This document shows positions 57,347 through 63,460 of a stretch of DNA of 63,460 nucleotides, piece by piece. The notes under the pieces were generated by a model. That model was given only the letters and a program-made list of their open reading frames with translations. It was not told where the DNA came from and searched no databases. The stretch is from Bacteroidales bacterium UBA4230 (GTDB lineage: Bacteria; Bacteroidota; Bacteroidia; Bacteroidales; UBA932), in contig DGXO01000034.1 of the NCBI GenBank assembly GCA_002395605.1, forward strand, positions 1 through 63,460, in the 5' to 3' direction. The translations under genes were made by a program, and so were the position numbers. Within the stretch, counting starts at the first letter, position 1. Every line of letters begins with the position of its first letter.

Positions 57347-57403
57347 GCGGGTATCGGAGAAATGCGAAAAAATTACGATATTTGCATAAATTAGTGCAAG
57401 AAG

Positions 57404-58552
57404 ATGAAAGTACTCATTGTAGACGACGAACGCGCAATCCGGTATTCCCTGAAGGAAATCCTGGAAATGGAGAATTACGAGGTAGAGACCGCCGAAAATG
57501 GCCTTGAGGGCCTGCAGAAGGCTGGCAAGGAGAAGTTTGACGCAATTTTCTGCGACATCAAGATGCCGGAAATGGACGGCACGGAAATGCTTTCCAAGAT
57601 AATTGAGGAAGGCATTGAGACCCCTGTGGTAATGATTTCAGGGCACGCCGACATCACTACGGCGGTAGAATGCATAAAGAAGGGGGCGTTTGACTTCATA
57701 GAGAAGCCTCTGGACCTCAACCGTATCCTTATCACCCTCAAGAATGCCACGGACAAGGCAAACCTGGTAACCCAGACCAAGATACTGAAAAAGAAGATCT
57801 ATGGCCGTGAAATGATTGGAGAGTCCGAGTCCATGGGGCACATAAGGCAGATGATAGAGAAGGTAGCCCCCACTGGGGCAAGCGTGCTTATCACCGGCCC
57901 CAACGGCTCCGGAAAGGAACTGGTTGCCCAGAGCATCTACCAGCTCAGTGACCGCTCAATGATGCCGTTCGTGGAGGTGAACTGCGCTGCAATTCCGTCG
58001 GAACTCATTGACAGTGAGCTGTTCGGCCACAAGAAAGGGTCCTTTACATCCGCCATCAGGGACCATAAGGGAAAATTCGAGCAGGCAGACGGCGGAACCA
58101 TCTTCCTTGACGAGATTGGAGACATGTCCCTGGCCGCACAGGCAAAGGTACTGCGCGTGCTGCAGGAGAAAAAGCTCACGCCCGTTGGCGGAGACAAGGA
58201 GATTACGGTGGACGTACGCGTAATTGCCGCCACCAACAAGAACCTCCAGGAAGAGATTGCCGCCGGAAACTTTCGCGAAGACCTCTATCACCGCTTGAGC
58301 GTGATTGTACTCAAGGTTCCCGCCCTTGACCAGCGCAAGGAAGACATTCCCCTGCTGGTGAAGCACTTCACGGAGCAGATTTGCGCCGAAAACGGCAAGC
58401 CCGTACGCGAATTCCAGAAAGAGGCCATGGCTCTTCTCACAGGAAGGTCCTGGCCCGGCAACATCCGCGAACTAAGGAACGTGGTGGAACGTCTCCTCAT
58501 CCTTGGCGGCAGCCCCATAACCGCCCAGGATGTGCAGGATTATGTAATGTAA
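57404..58552 (+). CDS. NtrC/NtrX-family response regulator (receiver + AAA+, no C-terminal HTH)
   Basis: VDDE, DIKMP, GPNGSGKE, SELFGHKKGSFTSA, FLDEIG, WPGNIRELRN. Confidence 0.92.
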   Translation: MKVLIVDDERAIRYSLKEILEMENYEVETAENGLEGLQKAGKEKFDAIFCDIKMPEMDGTEMLSKIIEEGIETPVVMISGHADITTAVECIKKGAFDFIEKPLDLNRILITLKNATDKANLVTQTKILKKKIYGREMIGESESMGHIRQMIEKVAPTGASVLITGPNGSGKELVAQSIYQLSDRSMMPFVEVNCAAIPSELIDSELFGHKKGSFTSAIRDHKGKFEQADGGTIFLDEIGDMSLAAQAKVLRVLQEKKLTPVGGDKEITVDVRVIAATNKNLQEEIAAGNFREDLYHRLSVIVLKVPALDQRKEDIPLLVKHFTEQICAENGKPVREFQKEAMALLTGRSWPGNIRELRNVVERLLILGGSPITAQDVQDYVM

Positions 58553-58573
58553 ACAACTGAAAACCCGCAAGAT

Positions 58574-59287
58574 ATGACAATCCCGGACATTACCATAGCC
58601 GTAGACGGCTTCTCCTCTACCGGCAAGAGCACTTTTGCAAAGATGGTGGCAAAGGAATTCGGCTTCCTGTACCTTGACAGCGGAGCAATGTACCGCGGCG
58701 TAACCCTTTTTGCAATGGAAAACGGCATGGCCGAAGGCGGTAAAATAGACGAGCCCGCCCTTAAGGAAGCCCTCCCAGGCCTGGACCTCCACTTCCAAAG
58801 GGAAGACGACAAGACCCTCCTTTACAGCGGCTCCCGCTGCATAGAGTCCCTTATCCGCACCATGGAAGTGAGTTCCCTGGTGAGCCCCGTGAGCGCCATC
58901 GCATTTGTCCGCGCCTGGGTTGACGACCGCCTTCACGCCTTCTCCAAAGGCGGCCGCGTAATCATGGACGGCAGGGATATCGGCACCACGGTATTCCCCA
59001 ACGCCGAAGTCAAGATTTTCATGACGGCGGCCCCGGAGGTAAGGGCGCAGCGCCGCTACGACGAACTTGTGGCAAAAGGCCAGCCCTCCAGCCTTGAGGA
59101 AGTCCTTAAAAACCTCCAGGAAAGGGACTACATAGACTCTCACCGCGAAACTTCCCCCCTAAGGCAGGCCGAAGACGCCTTTGTCCTTGACAACACCCAC
59201 ATGACCCTCCACGAGGAACTGGTGTGGATGCTGGGCCTCCTCCAGGGCAAGTTCGGCCTACTTGAAACTCCCGGCATCACGTGGTAA
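58574..59287 (+). CDS. cmk: Cytidylate kinase
   Basis: IAVDGFSSTGKST, DSGAMYR, MDGRDIGT, RDYIDSHR. Confidence 0.97.
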   Translation: MTIPDITIAVDGFSSTGKSTFAKMVAKEFGFLYLDSGAMYRGVTLFAMENGMAEGGKIDEPALKEALPGLDLHFQREDDKTLLYSGSRCIESLIRTMEVSSLVSPVSAIAFVRAWVDDRLHAFSKGGRVIMDGRDIGTTVFPNAEVKIFMTAAPEVRAQRRYDELVAKGQPSSLEEVLKNLQERDYIDSHRETSPLRQAEDAFVLDNTHMTLHEELVWMLGLLQGKFGLLETPGITW

Positions 59288-60138
59288 AAGTAGAGACAGA
59301 CCCCGGCTCCGGCTTCTGCGGAGGAGTAATCCGTGCCATAACCCGCGCAGAGGAATACCTCAGCACAGGCGGCACTCTCTATTCCCTTGGCGCAATTGTG
59401 CACAATGAGGCCGAACTCTCCCGCCTCCACGAAAAAGGCCTGGTAACGGTGAATTCCCTCCAGGACGTCCCAGAAGGCGGCACCGTCCTCATAAGGGCCC
59501 ACGGGGAGCCTCCCTCCACCTACACGGAAGCCGCGGCGCGCGGGCTCTCCGTCATAGACTGCTCCTGCCCGGTGGTCCTGAAGCTCCAGGAGCGCATCAG
59601 AAACGCCAGCGGCCAGATAATAATCTTCGGCCGGGTTGGACACGCCGAAGTCCTTGGCCTCATGGGACAGGTAGGCGGCAACGCCCTTGTGGTGGAAAAC
59701 GAGAAAATGCTCCGGGAAGCCCTTCGCAGCGGCAGCATAGACCTCTCAAAGCCGGTTGTCATCTTCTCCCAGACCACAAAAAGCCCCACCGAATACGACA
59801 ATATATGCCGCATGCTCCGGGACGCCGGCGCCCGGCTCACGGTAAACAACACCATCTGCGCGCAGGTGGCCGGCCGTCATGAAAGACTGGCCCAATTTGC
59901 AGCATCCCACGACATAATTCTCTTTGTTGCAGGACGCTCATCCTCCAACGGCAAGGTTCTCAGCGACCTATGCCGAAGCGTAAACCCCGCAACCTATCTC
60001 ATAGGCTCCGAAAAAGAGATTGATTTCTCATGGATAAAGGACGGCCAGTCCGTGGGAGTATGCGGAGCCACCTCCACGCCCAAATGGCTGCTTGAGAAGG
60101 TGGCCGAAGAAGTCAGATCCTGGGGTAACGCACGGTAA
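59281..60138 (+). CDS. ispH: 4-hydroxy-3-methylbut-2-enyl diphosphate reductase
   Basis: GFCGGV, IVHN, IRAHG, CPVV, SQTT, TIC, SSN, GATSTP. Confidence 0.97.
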   Translation: MVKVETDPGSGFCGGVIRAITRAEEYLSTGGTLYSLGAIVHNEAELSRLHEKGLVTVNSLQDVPEGGTVLIRAHGEPPSTYTEAAARGLSVIDCSCPVVLKLQERIRNASGQIIIFGRVGHAEVLGLMGQVGGNALVVENEKMLREALRSGSIDLSKPVVIFSQTTKSPTEYDNICRMLRDAGARLTVNNTICAQVAGRHERLAQFAASHDIILFVAGRSSSNGKVLSDLCRSVNPATYLIGSEKEIDFSWIKDGQSVGVCGATSTPKWLLEKVAEEVRSWGNAR

Positions 60139-63100
60139 AGCAGGCACCTCCAAGCGCAAAAGAACGACTGTAGGATATGCTGCCGCCGCAGTGGTCCACA
60201 ATTCGGCGGCAAATGGCAAGTCCAAGGCCGCTGCCGCTGGTTTTGGTAGTGAAGTCCGGCGTAAAAATCTTGTCTTGGTTGGCCTGGTCCACTCCCGGGC
60301 CGTTGTCCTCCACCACAATCTCATAGAAGGAGTCGTCGGAGGCCTTTCTCACGGACACCAGAAGCCGTTTGTCCCCGTCATTGCCGTCCACCGCCTGAAT
60401 GGCGTTGGTGATAAGGTTCACCACCACCCTTGTGAGCTGCGGACGCGGAGCCTCAACCATGGCTCCCGGCAGGCCGAAGTATTCCACCACAATGTCGTCG
60501 CGGGAGTCAAAGAGCTCCACCTCCTGCCTTACAAGGGCGTCCAGGTCTATTGTTTCGGCCTTTTGGTCGTACATCTTGGCAAACGTGGAGAACTGGTCTG
60601 CGGAGTCTGAGAGGAGATCCACGTGGTAGAGGACCGTCTGGGCGACTTCGTCGAATTTGTCCTGCCAGGCCGGGTTCCCGGTGCTCTTCATCCTTATAAG
60701 CATCTGGAGCTGGAGCTTTATGGGCGTAAGCGGATTCTTGAGGTCATGTGCCACGCGGCGCGCCATATCCGTCCAGGCCTTGTCTCTTTCGGCCTGGGCA
60801 AGGCGGCGGGAGCTCTCTCCAAGGTCCTTCACCATGCGGTTGTAGGCCTCAACCAGCGGGGTTAGTTCGTCGTCCTGGTGATAAATCAGGGGCTCCAGAT
60901 GGTCTACGTCCGTCACCGTCATCTTACGGCTCATTTCCGTAAGCGGCCTGAAGAGCCTCCCAACCACGGCAAACGTAACCAGACGGGATATGAGAAGCAG
61001 CAGCAGGAATATTGTTATGACGGTTGCAACGTGCAGCACGGCCTCCGTCTCAAAGTCATGAGTGAGGTCCGTGAACGGGGCCGAAGCAATGGCTATCATG
61101 GTGCCGGAACTGTTGAAGACCGGCACATACTGGGCGTAGAAACGGCGCCTTCCAACCTTCTCCTGATTGAGCCAGAAGCGGTTGTGGCCATACACAATTG
61201 CATTGTAGGCCGAAGGGTCCATCCGGCTTCCGAGTATCATGCGGTCATATACCTCCGGGGTGGTGCTCATGACCTCCGCTCCAGAAATGTCGAAGATAGT
61301 GATGTCACAGCGAAGGTTGTTGCCCACGCCCTCCACTGCCGCCACGGCCTGCGGAGAGCCAATCTCCTGAGGCGAAGCCACCATCCTCAGGCGTTCCTGC
61401 AACATGGCCTGAAGGGTGTTCACGCGGGAAGCCATGACGCCCCTCATATCGGCATTGTTGCGTTTCCAGACAAACCACACGCTGAATCCGGCCATGGCGA
61501 CAAGCGTGACTATGAGGGAGATGTTGACCACAAGGCTTATGCGGGTTTGGAAATACCGCCTTCCCTGAGTGCGGAGGCGCCTCCTTGAAAGGGTGCTCAC
61601 AAGGAAGAACGCGGCAAGTGCAAGAAGGAAGCCTTCCACTATGTAGTACAACCACTCTGTAGAAGGGCGCGCCAGCATAATAACCTCACCCTCAGACACT
61701 TCCCTTTCAAAGAGTTCCCAGCCGGCAAGCTTGCGTTCTCCGGTGTAGAGCGTAGGGAACGGATACTCTCCCTTGTACTGCAGAAGATGCCCGTCAATAT
61801 ACTTAGCCCAGGAATACACCGGCGGCAGTGATACTCTGCCAGGGTCCTGGATTCCAAGGAGACTCAGATATCCGCGGTCTTCCCTGTTGTGCTTAGACTC
61901 CACCGTAACAAAGATGGACGACGGCCCGTACTCTGAATAATAGGTGAAAAGCCCAGTATACGCGGTTCGGCCATTGCCGATGGAGCTGTAGAAGAAGTGG
62001 GAGTTCTCTCCAAGCCGCACTCCGCCGCGGATGCGCTCCAGGAAAAGGGGATGGCTTCCAGGGCCTTGAGGGCCGGATTTTACCACCGAAATGTCATAGT
62101 CCTGGGCTATCCTAACCATATAGGCGCTGGCAAGCCTTCCGCCAAGGATGGCCTCCCCGCCGTCCAGGGCGGCAAGGGCCCCGATCATGGGGTCGTCGGC
62201 GATGGCGGACTCTACGGAGCGGAGCTGGATCTCAAGGCCCACGTCACGGTCCATGGCGAGGCGCCCGGCCCAGACATCTACCCTCCGCTGCTCCTTGCGG
62301 TATCCAAGGACAGCCGTAGTGACCACGAAATACACTCCCAGCACCAGGCCGAAGGACATTCGGCCGGCAATGGAAAAGACGTCGTAGCGCGCTCCAAGAA
62401 GGCTTTTTGCAAAGGGCTGGAAAAGCTGCAGGAGCATGGGAACGGAAAGCGCCAGGGCAAGGAAACTGAGATATACAATCCCGGTGAAAGGACTTATAAG
62501 TATTACCTTATATAGTTCCAGGTTGATGCTGGAGTTTTCCAGGATGCTTGTAAAGCTTATGTGGAAGTAGGCGCAGACGGCAATGATGGAGGCGACGATA
62601 AGCCCTGCAAGAACCCACTGCACGCCGCGGGAGCTCTGGCGCGCGACGCGCTTGAGGAGAGTCCACCTAACCACAAAAAGGTCCAGCACAAGGATGTCTA
62701 TGGCAAGGTTTACTATGAGGATGGCGCCAAGGGAATAGAAGAAGGGGCCGTCTGCGTAAAGCAGCGGAGAAAACAGCTGCGACACCTGCCCCAGGCCGCG
62801 GCCGTAAAGGAAAAGCCAGGTGAATATGCCGGTTTGGATAATGGCCGTACCCGCAAGGAAAGGAAGCGAGGGATGAACCGACAGCAGCAGCACCAGACCC
62901 GTCATGAAAAGCGCCAAAGACACCCAGAGGAGGAAGGGATGCCTTTTACCGCCGGTGTCTATATTGTCCGAGGTAAGCTTGAAAAGCGGCACGCCGTCTA
63001 CGTACACCGCGGTGCCGGTACTGGACGAGAGCGGACTTACGCCGTAGCGGTCGTCGCGTCTCAGGCGCGGATTGACGCCCGTAAGGGAGCCGGGCCTTAG

Positions 63101-63460
63101 CTGGTTGGCTATCTCAAGGCCCGCGATGACCTTGCATCCGTTGCCCTCTACAGCCTTCTCAAGGTACCACTTGGGGCCATGGTTCACGTAGGAAAGGTGC
63201 TCCGTGGCATCTGCGAGCGGCGAAGTTACCACGGCCTTTGCATCCGTGAGGCGGGAGCTTACGGGACGCACCCTGATGTCGTCGTTGCGTATTGGGAACT
63301 GCCCCGCCCAGCTTTGGAGGGTGTCTTCCACATAGCGGTACACCACCATGTCTTCAGGAAGGCCGGGGAGCTCCATCCAGGCCGAAGGATCCTGCGAAAG
63401 CGCGCTATCTATGTATTTGTCCAGAAGTGAGATACGCGCTCCCGTCTTTTTGCCGAAGTC
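60113..63460 (-). CDS. Multi-pass membrane sensor histidine kinase, NtrY-like (5' end outside window)
   Basis: Frame open to the window edge; HAMP region, AHDLKNPLTP, NLITNAIQA, DNGPG, GSGLGL. Confidence 0.93.
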   Translation of the reverse strand, partial: DFGKKTGARISLLDKYIDSALSQDPSAWMELPGLPEDMVVYRYVEDTLQSWAGQFPIRNDDIRVRPVSSRLTDAKAVVTSPLADATEHLSYVNHGPKWYLEKAVEGNGCKVIAGLEIANQLRPGSLTGVNPRLRRDDRYGVSPLSSSTGTAVYVDGVPLFKLTSDNIDTGGKRHPFLLWVSLALFMTGLVLLLSVHPSLPFLAGTAIIQTGIFTWLFLYGRGLGQVSQLFSPLLYADGPFFYSLGAILIVNLAIDILVLDLFVVRWTLLKRVARQSSRGVQWVLAGLIVASIIAVCAYFHISFTSILENSSINLELYKVILISPFTGIVYLSFLALALSVPMLLQLFQPFAKSLLGARYDVFSIAGRMSFGLVLGVYFVVTTAVLGYRKEQRRVDVWAGRLAMDRDVGLEIQLRSVESAIADDPMIGALAALDGGEAILGGRLASAYMVRIAQDYDISVVKSGPQGPGSHPLFLERIRGGVRLGENSHFFYSSIGNGRTAYTGLFTYYSEYGPSSIFVTVESKHNREDRGYLSLLGIQDPGRVSLPPVYSWAKYIDGHLLQYKGEYPFPTLYTGERKLAGWELFEREVSEGEVIMLARPSTEWLYYIVEGFLLALAAFFLVSTLSRRRLRTQGRRYFQTRISLVVNISLIVTLVAMAGFSVWFVWKRNNADMRGVMASRVNTLQAMLQERLRMVASPQEIGSPQAVAAVEGVGNNLRCDITIFDISGAEVMSTTPEVYDRMILGSRMDPSAYNAIVYGHNRFWLNQEKVGRRRFYAQYVPVFNSSGTMIAIASAPFTDLTHDFETEAVLHVATVITIFLLLLLISRLVTFAVVGRLFRPLTEMSRKMTVTDVDHLEPLIYHQDDELTPLVEAYNRMVKDLGESSRRLAQAERDKAWTDMARRVAHDLKNPLTPIKLQLQMLIRMKSTGNPAWQDKFDEVAQTVLYHVDLLSDSADQFSTFAKMYDQKAETIDLDALVRQEVELFDSRDDIVVEYFGLPGAMVEAPRPQLTRVVVNLITNAIQAVDGNDGDKRLLVSVRKASDDSFYEIVVEDNGPGVDQANQDKIFTPDFTTKTSGSGLGLAICRRIVDHCGGSISYSRSFALGGACFTVRYPRI

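Noticed and set aside
56873-57507. ORFs 56873..57394, 56997..57389 and 57283..57507
   Set aside because: They run through tandem repeats, overlap real genes or each other, and give low-complexity products.
58550-58574. Possible seventh copy of the 25-bp box (TAAACAACTGAAAACCCGCAAGATA)
   Set aside because: Only the left half matches, and I saw no partner box at 65 bp or centred dyad.

Overview
A 63.5 kb GC-rich chromosomal window from a Bacteroidales bacterium (SusC/SusD pairs, lipoprotein signal peptides, TTTG-N20-TAnnTTTG promoters). It has four blocks. (1) 1-20.1 kb: a polysaccharide utilisation locus (PUL) rich in GlcNAc- and phosphodiester-acting enzymes (DUF4855, DUF6259, phosphodiester glycosidase, GH20, GH89-EEP fusion, GntR regulator, adjacent GDPD). 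(2) 20.1-26.4 kb: polA, ECF sigma, rsmG, rpmH, a perfect parS site and a REP-associated-type HUH (Y1) transposase. (3) 26.5-57 kb: a large beta-mannan PUL that also carries xyloglucan-type enzymes. (4) 57.4 kb to the end: NtrC-type regulator, cmk, ispH and a sensor kinase. The most striking unexplained signal is a 90-bp element found six times at gene junctions: two 25-bp boxes (consensus YAA-N5-TGA-N3-TCA-N5-TTR) starting exactly 65 bp apart, with a perfectly centred but sequence-variable inverted repeat between them. Two copies with matching cores bracket the transposase in inverted orientation. In addition, several enzyme genes carry palindromic REP/MITE elements inserted in frame and translated. 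All family assignments come from motif recognition by eye, without database searches.
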